IMG/VR virus record: IMGVR_UViG_3300028591_000086 | Location: 32,001-96,000 of that record | Reading direction: 5' to 3' (one strand) | Source: a virus | Lineage: Duplodnaviria; Caudoviricetes | Length of the DNA: 64,000 bases | Part shown: piece after piece, positions 46,086 through 57,500 of the stretch | Layout of the letters: each line of letters opens with the position of its first letter | Position numbering within the stretch: the first letter of the stretch is position 1 | Position numbers and translations under genes: made by a program | Notes under the pieces: model-generated | Seen by the model: only the letters and a program-made list of their open reading frames with translations | What the model was told of the DNA's origin: nothing | Database searches by the model: none

Positions 46086-49000
46086 ATGAGTGATTCTTCA
46101 AATAATGTAAATAAATACTATGTAAATACTCCAATTGCTGCAGATTATGAAGGAGCGAATTCGGAAGTATTATCTAAAGCTAGTAAATTTGGCTCTAAAT
46201 CACATAGACTTTTATTAGATAAAAATAAAAATATTATCGATAGAGGTTCTAATAATTTTAAGTATTTAGAAAGTACTTTATTTAGTAATAAAGAAGTCAA
46301 ATTTAATAAAAATCAATCGCCTTCAATGTTTGATGTCGATTATATAAATAAAATCAAATCTGAAGAAGGGTGTGTCTATAAGGTGTTAAGATTTGACCGA
46401 AGTCACAATATTCGTTCTTTTGATTTTATATTAAATTACACCCAATTAAATGCTTTTGGCTCAGAAATATATAAACCAGTCGTATTAAATAAACAATTTA
46501 TAGGACGTCTTTTATTCACAGGATGTTCTATTATTAGAGATACCGATACGATGGAAGAACTTCCTTTAAGATTATGTGGAAAATATGAATCTATCGGAGA
46601 TACCGTAAATAACAATATCGATCTTGATGCAAATGTTGATGCTAAAGGTGGTCCAACCATAACTTTTAAATATTCATTCGATAATAATTACGTATATCTT
46701 TTCATAGCATCTTTATCTCCTTTTAGACTTATACCTGTAGGTGATGGTGAATTTATCGATATAAGTTATGCTGAGGGAAAAGGAACTTTAATTGGTGAAA
46801 ATAAAAAAACACTATCTATTGTATCAGATCCTATAACTGGAAATAAAAAGAGTGTAAATTATTTTAGCGATAATCGAGTTTATACCGATATAGTTCTATC
46901 TTTAAAAGATACTACTATAAGTCACGACACTAATAACATCGAATTTGTTGATTTCAATGATGTTGTTATGAATAATGTTGCTGTGTTATCTCGTGCACAA
47001 ACTCTGATCATGTATCCTACCAATGATGGAGAACAAATCATTATCGGTATGGAACCTGCTTCCACTATAAACATGGAAATTGCACCAAATCTTAAACCGA
47101 TACGTTTCGGATCAAATCTCTTAAATACATCAAAAGAAAATATTAAAAGATACATTGATAATTTAAGAAAACAAATAATCGATAGTGCTACTAATATAGA
47201 AAAAGTTCCATTCAATATTAAAACAACCATTCGTTCTAAAGGAAAATATAACATCAATGGCGGTTTCTTTATTGATAATCAAGCCGATAGCATGGGTGCT
47301 ATTATAATCCAAGATATTGGTGTATATGATAATATCACTGGTACATTTGATATAACCGAATATATATTTGATATTAATCAGAATAAATACGAAAAAGCTA
47401 AAACAGTAAAAAGATATCAAGAATACGTGAATAATGCCAGTGATTATCTCACTTCTATTTCTAAAGATCATCCAAATATACCAGCAGTTAGAAAAACTAA
47501 TGTACTCATGGATACTATTCTCAATATAGATTTTAACACTCCTGAAGAATTAGACGTTTATTTTAATGCTGCATTTGCTAGAAGTTCAGTAGATTTTGAT
47601 GTTTTATTTACTTTCACTGAATTTGGAAATATATTGGGTGATAACACTGATGATTATATTGTATATTTCTGTAAAGATGATAAAATAAGAATAATAAATT
47701 TCAAAGACTATCAAATGGAAAATATATACACATTTGATTTTAAAAAATCTGCTAACGATAGTGATACACACGATTATTTAAATACAAGTGATCATATTAC
47801 ATCTGTTACTAGATCTGAAAAAGATGGAAAATATTTATATTATATTGGTACGGAAGAAGGAAAATTTATAGTACTAGTTAACTCCCCAGAAGAAAAGATT
47901 TCAGATGTAAAAATATTAAACGCTTTTAATAACGACGATATCATAAGAGAAAAAGTTTCTTTCGTTAAACATGAAAACGAATTTATTTATATCGGTGGTG
48001 TCAATGGAAGTATAGCTATATACGATATTAATTCTGATAATATTATATACATCAAAACTTGCCTAAGATTCAATGATGAGATAATAGATATAAGTAAAGC
48101 AGATAAAAACAACATTATTGTTGTATCTAAAAAAGAAATAAATTCTTATAATTTGGTATTAAAAAAATGGAACAGTGAAAATAGTTCAATTATTGCTAAT
48201 TCTATTTTTGATAATCCTTTTAAAGATTTACCTTATCCGAACATCGATTTAATTTTAAATAAAGAAGGATTTAAAGATGTTCCAATTATTCAGAAAGATA
48301 ACTATGCTTATATTTTAGGTGTACGTCTAGATAGAGAAGCAGGATACTACCCAGTTTACAAAAAGGTAAATCTTTTAACTGGTGAAATTAAGAATCTTCC
48401 TTTACCAGATAAAGAATTATACTTGTATAAAGCAAAATTATGTAAAGATGAACGATATATTTATTGTATTGGCGGTGCAAGCGTACCTCACATGAATGAT
48501 CCTGTTGAAGAAAGAAAAACATATTATAGTATATTTGATACTTTAGAGGATACGTGGATTTCTACTTCAACCAAAACATTACCTTTAGACAACTCGTCTA
48601 CTATACTCAATAATAATAGTGACTTTTATCCAGTTGCAAATAATGGAAAAATATATATCGTACATCCAAAAGCTTCTGTTATCAATAAAAATGAAGACAC
48701 GGGTCTATATGTGATGAGCAACAAACGTATTAATAAAACATATATAATTACGTTTGAAGAAAGTCGTTTAGATATCGTTAGTATCGATAATCTTACTGAA
48801 GATGAAGAATCAAAACTTCCATCATCAGATATAAATTTAGTGGCATTAGTAAATGATACTAAAGAAAAAAAGATACATTTATTCAGTTGTGTACCTCAGG
48901 TAATACAATCAGAATACAAAGGATACGTGTTAACTAGATATATTTTAGATACTGAAACTGATACGATTTTGTCAAATAACGAAAGTGTATTATGTGGAAC

Positions 49001-52000
49001 AGAACTCGAATTAAGTTCATTATATTCTAATGGTAGATTTTCTGATGTACAAAACGATTTATTTACAAATATATCAATTTATTCTGAATATAAAGAAAGT
49101 ATAATTTACTGTCTTGATAATTTTATCCTTTATATTAACTCATTAGATAATATTATATATACAGAATTTCATGCGATATATCATGATATAGGTAACGGTG
49201 CATCACATGCTCCATTACTCAGTAATGGTGATTTCTCTGCGTGGAGAAAATATAATAAAAAACCATCCAATACAACAATATTACATATAGGAAATTTATT
49301 AGGATTTGTAGGTGGAGATACTGTAAGGGTCACAGATTATCTTTCATTAGATTCAATGAGTTTAATACCTGCTCCAAGATATTTTGAACGTAAAAAAGGA
49401 ATAGAAGCATCTAGTGTTATTTCTGGAAATATGAAAGATGTGTTAAATATAATTCCTATTGAGGGTAAATTTAAATACGATAAAATAGCAACGTGTAGAA
49501 ATAAAAACACAGTATATCTAGCAGTTAATTCTATAGATACAAGTCGTATTATATTGATGAAATATGAATTAGATGATCCTTCAGCTAAACCTATAGTAAT
49601 AAAAACTTTCGAGAATACAAACTCAGTAATTATACTCGATTTAAATATTCTATTTAATAATAATTCATTATACATTTCGACTATAACACAAGTGCGACAA
49701 CAAATGGATATTATAGTATATAAATTAGAAGACGATAACGCTGAATATTTTAGTCTTAATATCGTTAATGGTACTAAAAATATCTACGCATTCATTAATA
49801 ATAATGACGTGTATTACATGAATTATAATAATGGAATTAAATTAGCATTAAATGATGGAAACATTTCACAAATAGCAATAACGGATAATATTTTCAATTT
49901 ACCTGATGACGATGTTATTAATTCAAAAATTATAAAATCCGTTAGCTTTAAGAATAAAAAATATTTCAACGTATACAATGTCAATAAAGATAATAGAATA
50001 GATGTATTAGATATGTCTGATAACAGTTATTCTACTCTTTACACTATTCCTAATAGTAAAGATTCTCTTTTCGGAGATATTATCAACGTTGATAACATTT
50101 TGTATTTCACAAAAGGATCTATTGGAAATGCTAATACTAACGACATTTATAAATTAGATCTAAATGATAATAATTTAAAACGCGCACTAATAAATAACGA
50201 CATCTCAGAATATAATCCTATAATAATATCTAGAAAAAATAAATTATATTCTTTTGGCTCAAATGGAACACTCAAAGTTCTTATTAGTGATATCATAGAT
50301 GAAGCTTTTATATCATTCTCTGCTGAAATCAAAATCAACAAACTTGAAAATACTAGAGATAACAGATTTAATCCTACGTTTACAATTTTCAACGTTAATG
50401 GAAACGAAATATTTGCTGTATTTGGTGGAAAGCAAAGTATAGGTACACCTATAACAAGAACAATTGATTTATATGATGTAAAGCGTCATATATGGAAAAC
50501 CGGATTAGAACTTCCTGTAGAATTAAGTCATTTTACAGTATGTGAAAACACCATATTAGGCGCGACTGAAGAAATAATTTCATCTTCATCAGTAAGACCA
50601 TACAATAAAAAAGTAGTTATCGAATGTGTTGATTATGAATCAATGGATTTCAAGTGTGTAATCAGTGACATCTATCCTAATATCAATGGATTCATATATC
50701 CTACATTCGGAAAATATGCATTAGACAAAGAAAATAACATTTTGTTTGTAGCAAATGTCGATGCAGAAGACAACATCATTGATAGCCAAATCCATAAAGT
50801 TAATCTTAACAATAATACATTAGCTAGTATTGCGGAATTACCTGAAATATTCTCTATTGAAAGAACTAGAATAATAGGTATGGTTGCTTTCAACAACAAT
50901 TTAGGAGTAATCACTTATTCTTATTCTAGAAACACCATAATTGTTCTATGTTATAATTCTACTACTGATTCATGGAATGAAATAACTAGAACACCATTAG
51001 ATGACCATCTGATATTTGAGGGTTCCGATAGGAATAAACATCCTATATTTGCATTCGATATATATGATGAAGTATTTAATTCTATTAAAAATAAATCATC
51101 TTCCAATGTAAATTATACTAAAGCAAATCTGTCAATTTTAAAAGATGATAATGCTATATACACGATGTACATACACATCAATAATTATGGTAGTTCAAAT
51201 GAAACTATCGCTATATCCGATTTCTATAAAACAGTTTCTTTAAATAAAACTAAAGCCAATGATGTACAAACGTTTAAATTGAATAATAATGGTTTTATCT
51301 ATATAGAAAACAAAAATGGTGACATTTATAGAATATTCCCTGATAACGATTTTGATAATTCTTTCGGTGTAAGAAAAAACAATTTCAATATAAAACGCCA
51401 TATCCATGCAATAACTTCCAATAAAAATAAAGCATATTACGTTTCTGATTCAGAAACAGGATATGTAGTATATTGTAAAGATTTGATAACTGATATAGAA
51501 GAATTAATATCAAATATCGAAGATGATGTTGCTATAGAAAAAATTAAATTAGAAATATGTGATAATGAATTGATATTGGCTATTGTTGATAATGCAAATA
51601 ATGGTACATTATTTATATATAATATAAATCTTGATGATAAAACAATTAAATCAATAAGTAAATCTGATATATGTATTGATGATAATGCTGAACCTTTATC
51701 TATAAATCAAATTGTTATAATAAATAAAAACAGCGTTTGCATTAAATATAACAACGATTGTTCTAAAATATTTACATCGGTTGAAAATGATATCAATATT
51801 ACAGATAAAAATCTTCCAAATTCAAATCAATACACTTTAATCAACGTTATTGATGATAACGATTTATTATTTGGAAAAATATCAGAAAATAATGATAAAA
51901 TACTTCAGTTATTTAAAAATGATAAATTAATATCTGAAACAAATTTATCATTTCACATAAATAAATTTATAGTAGTTGGATTTAATTTATATCTTTTTGA

Positions 52001-54512
52001 TTATATAGGAAATGTTACAGTAGTTTATTTAAATCCTTTTACTGGAAATATTTCTAAAATATCTAAAGATTTTAATACAGATATAAATAATTTAAACGAA
52101 TCCGATATCTTAATACGAAGTTCAAATATAATAGATCTTAAACGATGTATAGAATTTAGCAACACAAACTCTATAGACAGCAATCATTATTGTTTCGATA
52201 AAAACGCTATTAACGAAAATAACGTAATTGTTTCTATACATAACAATACTGATGGTGTTCTTATGATCTATACATATGATAAAGAAACACACGAAATCAT
52301 AAAATTCGTACCAGTAGATATTAGTGAAGAAAACACGGATTTTAATCTCGATGGAAACAAATTTGTATATGAATACAATGATGAATATTATTATTGTATT
52401 ATATCTGATGGAAAAATATTTACCATAAATAACACCACTGGAGAAATAAATACTATAATCAACGATAAAATTAAACACAATGAATTGTGTATAAAATTAC
52501 CATACAAAAAAGATATTTTAATCGGTAATGATGATTCTAGTTATTTATTATTTGATACTTCTGATAACGTATTGATTTCTAAACAATGTAACACCGATGG
52601 TTATATTTTAGACAAAATTATTCATACATCTAAATATTTTAGACACTTCTATGCATTAATTCATAAAGAAGGAGAGTCTACATATTCTTTAGGAAAATTT
52701 GATGGTGATATTTATTCTAATGAAATAAACAATCTAGTATTTATTTCTAAAACAGATATAAAAATTAAAGAAACAGATATCGTTATTTATAAGAATAATT
52801 TTGGTATAATTATCGATGATGGAAACAAAAACGTATTATGTTTTGACATTGATGAAAACCGAAATAATATCATCAATCTCAGATATCTTACTAATGATGT
52901 CATAAATGAAAAATGTGTTGATGAAAAACCATTAATAGATTTCACATACGACGACAGAACATTCGATGAAAATATTGGAAATATAGTATTTGTAAATGAC
53001 ACGCGTGATATCGATGACGATTACCAAAATCATTTAATATTTAAAATAAATATTTCTGAAAATTTGGAATTAAGATATTATAAGCGTGACAATATTGAAA
53101 ATCCAGATTCTAATTGGAGTACTGGAATAATTGCTATATTCGATATAAACAACGATGTTCTTATCAAAAAATTCAATACAGATGTTGATTTTTCTGAAAA
53201 ATATAAAACTGAATTTATCGATACACCATTAGAATATGATGAAGTATTGGGATACACTAGATACGGTCATTTCATAACCGTATCAAATGCCGATAAAATC
53301 AACAGTTATTCTTTAAAAATATCAGGAACAATTGAAAATATCGATAATATAAATAGTGATGATGAAATTGAACTCATAAACAATAATACTGAAATAACAT
53401 CAATCGATTCTTCATCCGATTGTAAAATTGTGAAAGTTCAAAATAGACATGTCGCTATTATAAATATACCGTTTGTATACGTATGTGTATTATCTAATTC
53501 CAATAGATTTATAGTTAATAAATATACTATTGAAACAGTCGGTTTATCATCAGATGATGGATTAAAAATAGCCAATATAAGTGATAATATTTATCTTATA
53601 CCAAGTAATCCGACTCAACCAATATTTGTTATAAGCAATATTTGTAACGGAACGATTTATGATATAACAGACGAACACGTTGTAAAAAGCATAACGAACT
53701 ATAAATTAGATAGACAATTGTTGAATAATTTCAAAGATGTAGTATATGCTGATAACGATCGAATGTGTAAAAATACCGATAGTGAATTCGGTTTATATTT
53801 TAACGTGCTTAAAAATTGCTCCGAATTCTACAACAGATATATCGGTGTAGCTATAAATGGTGAAGTTATTGATGCAGAATATCCTATAAATGAATATGAT
53901 ATATCTCATATAGAAATAACTCGTGAAACTAATGCATTGGCTTTGCGTTCCGTTGAAAACGTAAAAACAGTGTTAAATCTGATTCACAAAGATAATGATA
54001 AAAACATTGTCGCTGAAGTAAATGCTATTGCTAGATTAAATACTTCTAAATTCAGAATTTTATTCTCGAATACAAATATAGATCAATCTGGTGAAGTTTA
54101 TGCGTTCTTAAATGAATCGGAAAGTAACATGATGCTTAGAGACGATACTTCATACTATAAAGGAAACTATAGTGTAGCTATAATTAGAGACTCTATAATT
54201 AAAATAAATATAGATAATGAAGTATATACATATAGTAAAGCATATGATGAAATACCTTTGTACAATAAAATTCTTCCTATAGTAATTTGTTACGGAACAA
54301 GAGAAAATGGCGATACAAGATATCTATCGTTCGCCGATGAAAAAGGAAACGTAATAACATATGATAAAGAATTAAAAACATTTATAGATATTTCCGGATA
54401 TGTTGATGTTGATGTTCCTCATTTTTCCACAGAAGCAATGATCTATCCATCTAAGACAAAACCATTAGATGATAACGACATTGTTTCTATAAATATGAGA
54501 ATAGGTAACTAG
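46086..54512 (+). CDS. Giant Kelch/WD-like beta-propeller protein, putative tail appendage (2808 aa)
   Basis: YIYCIGG...YSIFDTLEDTW, IFAVFGG...IDLYDVKRHIW and IYIGGVNGSIAIYD repeats. AAGGAG RBS and late promoter. Confidence 0.6.
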   Translation: MSDSSNNVNKYYVNTPIAADYEGANSEVLSKASKFGSKSHRLLLDKNKNIIDRGSNNFKYLESTLFSNKEVKFNKNQSPSMFDVDYINKIKSEEGCVYKVLRFDRSHNIRSFDFILNYTQLNAFGSEIYKPVVLNKQFIGRLLFTGCSIIRDTDTMEELPLRLCGKYESIGDTVNNNIDLDANVDAKGGPTITFKYSFDNNYVYLFIASLSPFRLIPVGDGEFIDISYAEGKGTLIGENKKTLSIVSDPITGNKKSVNYFSDNRVYTDIVLSLKDTTISHDTNNIEFVDFNDVVMNNVAVLSRAQTLIMYPTNDGEQIIIGMEPASTINMEIAPNLKPIRFGSNLLNTSKENIKRYIDNLRKQIIDSATNIEKVPFNIKTTIRSKGKYNINGGFFIDNQADSMGAIIIQDIGVYDNITGTFDITEYIFDINQNKYEKAKTVKRYQEYVNNASDYLTSISKDHPNIPAVRKTNVLMDTILNIDFNTPEELDVYFNAAFARSSVDFDVLFTFTEFGNILGDNTDDYIVYFCKDDKIRIINFKDYQMENIYTFDFKKSANDSDTHDYLNTSDHITSVTRSEKDGKYLYYIGTEEGKFIVLVNSPEEKISDVKILNAFNNDDIIREKVSFVKHENEFIYIGGVNGSIAIYDINSDNIIYIKTCLRFNDEIIDISKADKNNIIVVSKKEINSYNLVLKKWNSENSSIIANSIFDNPFKDLPYPNIDLILNKEGFKDVPIIQKDNYAYILGVRLDREAGYYPVYKKVNLLTGEIKNLPLPDKELYLYKAKLCKDERYIYCIGGASVPHMNDPVEERKTYYSIFDTLEDTWISTSTKTLPLDNSSTILNNNSDFYPVANNGKIYIVHPKASVINKNEDTGLYVMSNKRINKTYIITFEESRLDIVSIDNLTEDEESKLPSSDINLVALVNDTKEKKIHLFSCVPQVIQSEYKGYVLTRYILDTETDTILSNNESVLCGTELELSSLYSNGRFSDVQNDLFTNISIYSEYKESIIYCLDNFILYINSLDNIIYTEFHAIYHDIGNGASHAPLLSNGDFSAWRKYNKKPSNTTILHIGNLLGFVGGDTVRVTDYLSLDSMSLIPAPRYFERKKGIEASSVISGNMKDVLNIIPIEGKFKYDKIATCRNKNTVYLAVNSIDTSRIILMKYELDDPSAKPIVIKTFENTNSVIILDLNILFNNNSLYISTITQVRQQMDIIVYKLEDDNAEYFSLNIVNGTKNIYAFINNNDVYYMNYNNGIKLALNDGNISQIAITDNIFNLPDDDVINSKIIKSVSFKNKKYFNVYNVNKDNRIDVLDMSDNSYSTLYTIPNSKDSLFGDIINVDNILYFTKGSIGNANTNDIYKLDLNDNNLKRALINNDISEYNPIIISRKNKLYSFGSNGTLKVLISDIIDEAFISFSAEIKINKLENTRDNRFNPTFTIFNVNGNEIFAVFGGKQSIGTPITRTIDLYDVKRHIWKTGLELPVELSHFTVCENTILGATEEIISSSSVRPYNKKVVIECVDYESMDFKCVISDIYPNINGFIYPTFGKYALDKENNILFVANVDAEDNIIDSQIHKVNLNNNTLASIAELPEIFSIERTRIIGMVAFNNNLGVITYSYSRNTIIVLCYNSTTDSWNEITRTPLDDHLIFEGSDRNKHPIFAFDIYDEVFNSIKNKSSSNVNYTKANLSILKDDNAIYTMYIHINNYGSSNETIAISDFYKTVSLNKTKANDVQTFKLNNNGFIYIENKNGDIYRIFPDNDFDNSFGVRKNNFNIKRHIHAITSNKNKAYYVSDSETGYVVYCKDLITDIEELISNIEDDVAIEKIKLEICDNELILAIVDNANNGTLFIYNINLDDKTIKSISKSDICIDDNAEPLSINQIVIINKNSVCIKYNNDCSKIFTSVENDINITDKNLPNSNQYTLINVIDDNDLLFGKISENNDKILQLFKNDKLISETNLSFHINKFIVVGFNLYLFDYIGNVTVVYLNPFTGNISKISKDFNTDINNLNESDILIRSSNIIDLKRCIEFSNTNSIDSNHYCFDKNAINENNVIVSIHNNTDGVLMIYTYDKETHEIIKFVPVDISEENTDFNLDGNKFVYEYNDEYYYCIISDGKIFTINNTTGEINTIINDKIKHNELCIKLPYKKDILIGNDDSSYLLFDTSDNVLISKQCNTDGYILDKIIHTSKYFRHFYALIHKEGESTYSLGKFDGDIYSNEINNLVFISKTDIKIKETDIVIYKNNFGIIIDDGNKNVLCFDIDENRNNIINLRYLTNDVINEKCVDEKPLIDFTYDDRTFDENIGNIVFVNDTRDIDDDYQNHLIFKINISENLELRYYKRDNIENPDSNWSTGIIAIFDINNDVLIKKFNTDVDFSEKYKTEFIDTPLEYDEVLGYTRYGHFITVSNADKINSYSLKISGTIENIDNINSDDEIELINNNTEITSIDSSSDCKIVKVQNRHVAIINIPFVYVCVLSNSNRFIVNKYTIETVGLSSDDGLKIANISDNIYLIPSNPTQPIFVISNICNGTIYDITDEHVVKSITNYKLDRQLLNNFKDVVYADNDRMCKNTDSEFGLYFNVLKNCSEFYNRYIGVAINGEVIDAEYPINEYDISHIEITRETNALALRSVENVKTVLNLIHKDNDKNIVAEVNAIARLNTSKFRILFSNTNIDQSGEVYAFLNESESNMMLRDDTSYYKGNYSVAIIRDSIIKINIDNEVYTYSKAYDEIPLYNKILPIVICYGTRENGDTRYLSFADEKGNVITYDKELKTFIDISGYVDVDVPHFSTEAMIYPSKTKPLDDNDIVSINMRIGN

Positions 54513-54528
54513 GTATATATTTAAATAA

Positions 54529-54560
54529 ATTAGGACTCTCCCGTTAGGGAGAGTCCTAAT
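54529..54560. terminator. Bidirectional terminator between the two convergent giant genes
   Basis: ATTAGGACTCTCCC-GTTA-GGGAGAGTCCTAAT. Confidence 0.85.
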
Positions 54561-54562
54561 AT

Positions 54563-57500
54563 TTATTCTTTTATAATAGCATTAGCATATATAGTTATAT
54601 TATCAGTTACATTTTCACCAGCAATAGTCAAAGTTGCTTCTTTCATACTAGTAAACATGAAATATAATCTAAAATATGTCGACGCAGGTATTGTATAATT
54701 ATCTATTTCCGCACTAGTTAAAATATGTTCACCATCTAATGAGAATCCGTCAAATATACAATCTTCTACATCTGCTATTCCTAATGCACCATTTAGTGAA
54801 TTTACTAACACTCTAAGCGCAGTATCAACATCATATACAAATTCTCTATCTTTTACAACTCGTCTATCATATATGTAATTTTCAGTTGTACCCGTTGTAC
54901 CGATAGATACATTAATTGTATTAGGAAGTTTATAACCATCATTAGCCACAAGTTTCTTATTATAGTTAATATATCTTGTAGCAATATCTGTTCCTACTTC
55001 AGATAATCCTTCAGGATGCATATTAAGCATATCATATCTTACAGTATAAGTTTCATTTCTTTCAACACCCGTTCCATCATATGGTTCTTGCATACCAATA
55101 CCACTATTACTTTCAGGTGCAGTTGTTCCACCAGGTAACCAAGTTGAAGTACTAGCAATATCTGTATTATTCCCAATAGTATCTGTTGTCTCAGCATATT
55201 CAAGAACTTCCGAGGCAAATAATGTAGCCGATTTCACACTATTACTCCAAGAATTTCTATTATCCAAATTTTCACCAGTAACAGTGATCGTTACAATCTT
55301 ATCAAAATAATCATCATTTTCATGACGAACTATTCTTTCTGTTCTTGCACTGTATTCTGTTATGAAACCTTTTTCATACAAATCTCTAAGGGTAATATTA
55401 TCATCTAATGTGAATTGTATTCGTTTTATAGAACCATCTGTCCATTGATAACAGAATTCACCGGATACATTGTATGATAAACCTGTGTCATCATCTGTAG
55501 TTACAAACATATTCTTGTTATTTAATGAACCATTTACAAGATGTACCCAACAATAACGAGAATCTATATTCTTAGTCACCATTTCAGGTATCAATTTATT
55601 GTTAAATAACTCGAGATAGTTATATTCCTGTGGATAGAAATTATTAGACTTAATTGGATACGTAGCAACCGTTTTATTGTATAATGAAATATATCTACTC
55701 CATTGTATATCTTTTTCAGTATTTAATTCTTTTCTAAAGAGTTGCTTTATGAAAATTCTATCAACTACACCAGATTCTTCAAGAGCCTTAGGATAATGTT
55801 GGTCTTTATTTAATGTGATAAATGAGAATCTATCAGCATATACCGAAGTTTTCCAATCATTTCTATCGAATCTATCAGAACTATCAATATGTAATTGATT
55901 TATTTGTTCCAATAAAGTTGTGCTAAATTTCGAATCTTTAACTGACCAAATAATCAACTCTTTGGTTACATTATTATATCCACTGTTCTTAATTAGATTA
56001 TTGATCTTGAATATAAATTTTTTACTATAAAGATATTTCTGTGTCGATTTACCACAATATCTCTCCAATAAAGCAACATTGCTATCACCAGAAATCTGTT
56101 CAAGTGTAGCAACACCATTAGCTGATTTATCAGGAGAAGGTCCAACTAATGTTAATACAGGTTTATTGTCTGAGTCTGATTTAATTGTATAATTGTATAC
56201 AAAATCTTTATAGTCTATAAATCTTGATGAATTTTGTCTATTTCCTAAATCAGACAAATATTGTCTTACTCTGAAACTTATATTATGTTCAGTTTTAATT
56301 GTAGAATACTTATTATCTTCTTCATAGTATGGAATTATTGCACCTACACCATAATTATAATCATAAGTATTAACTGTGGTATTATATAGAGTATTATTAT
56401 TATGTGGTGCAACGTAATTGTTATTTGTGAGGATAATGGATTCACGTAAACCTTCAAACTTAAGACGAATTACATCTAAGCTTTGTTGAGGTGTGTCATT
56501 CCAATTATTTAAATATCCAAACAAATCATCGTTATTTACTATAGATCCATCAGAATACAATAAATCTCTAGATTTAACATAAGTTCCATATAAATTATTT
56601 TCATCACCAAATTTATCTATACCTAATTTATATCTAATTATTTTTGTATAAGATGGTTTAGATGTAGCTGAATTATCGTATGACATAGATTCATTTGAAA
56701 TCTCAGCATCAACTACCTCATATGTGAGAGGTAAATTGATTTCCATAATACGATTACCGATAGTACGAACCTCTGTTGTAGCAGTAGGTGGATACATAGC
56801 TTCGTTAAAATATCTATTCCATTCAACAGAAAGTGAGTCATTAATATCATCAAGTTGATGTGGTTTAATGGCACCATTATCGAGTTCATATTTACTATCA
56901 TGGTGTAATAGTTCGACGTTATCAGTATTAACTGAATCTGTTGAAGAACGTACAAGCCATTCTCTAGTAACAATACTTTCATCGCTAATTAATCTATCGA
57001 ATTCAGCATCCGACATTCTAGCAAGGTTCTTATTTTCGCGATATAAATCCTTTTCAGGATTTCCATCAAAAATAGTTTCATGACGAACAACGAGTTTTTC
57101 GTCAAGAATAACTAACCATCTATGACTCTTATAATACCAAGCAGAAGCTCGCTTAAAGGTTTCAGTACTTATACCTTCATAAGTATCTCTTCGCTCATCT
57201 ATTACTTCCCTATCGTGTACATCACTGTAATAATACAGTTGTCTATCAAATGAAGGTTTTATTGCGTTTTTAAGTCTAATCACTTCAGATTTAGCAAAAT
57301 CTTCATTATTATAAGGAACTGAAGTAAATGCACAAGTTACGGTATTTGTTATATCTACTCGTGAACCTGAGTTTGTTGTTATTTTTTCAGCAGCAGAAGG
57401 TGCTTCTACTTCATAAAGATATTCAATGTGTTTATCTGTGAATACTTTTCGCCATTTACGAATAAAACACATCTTAGCCCATTCCCAACCTTTCCAATTT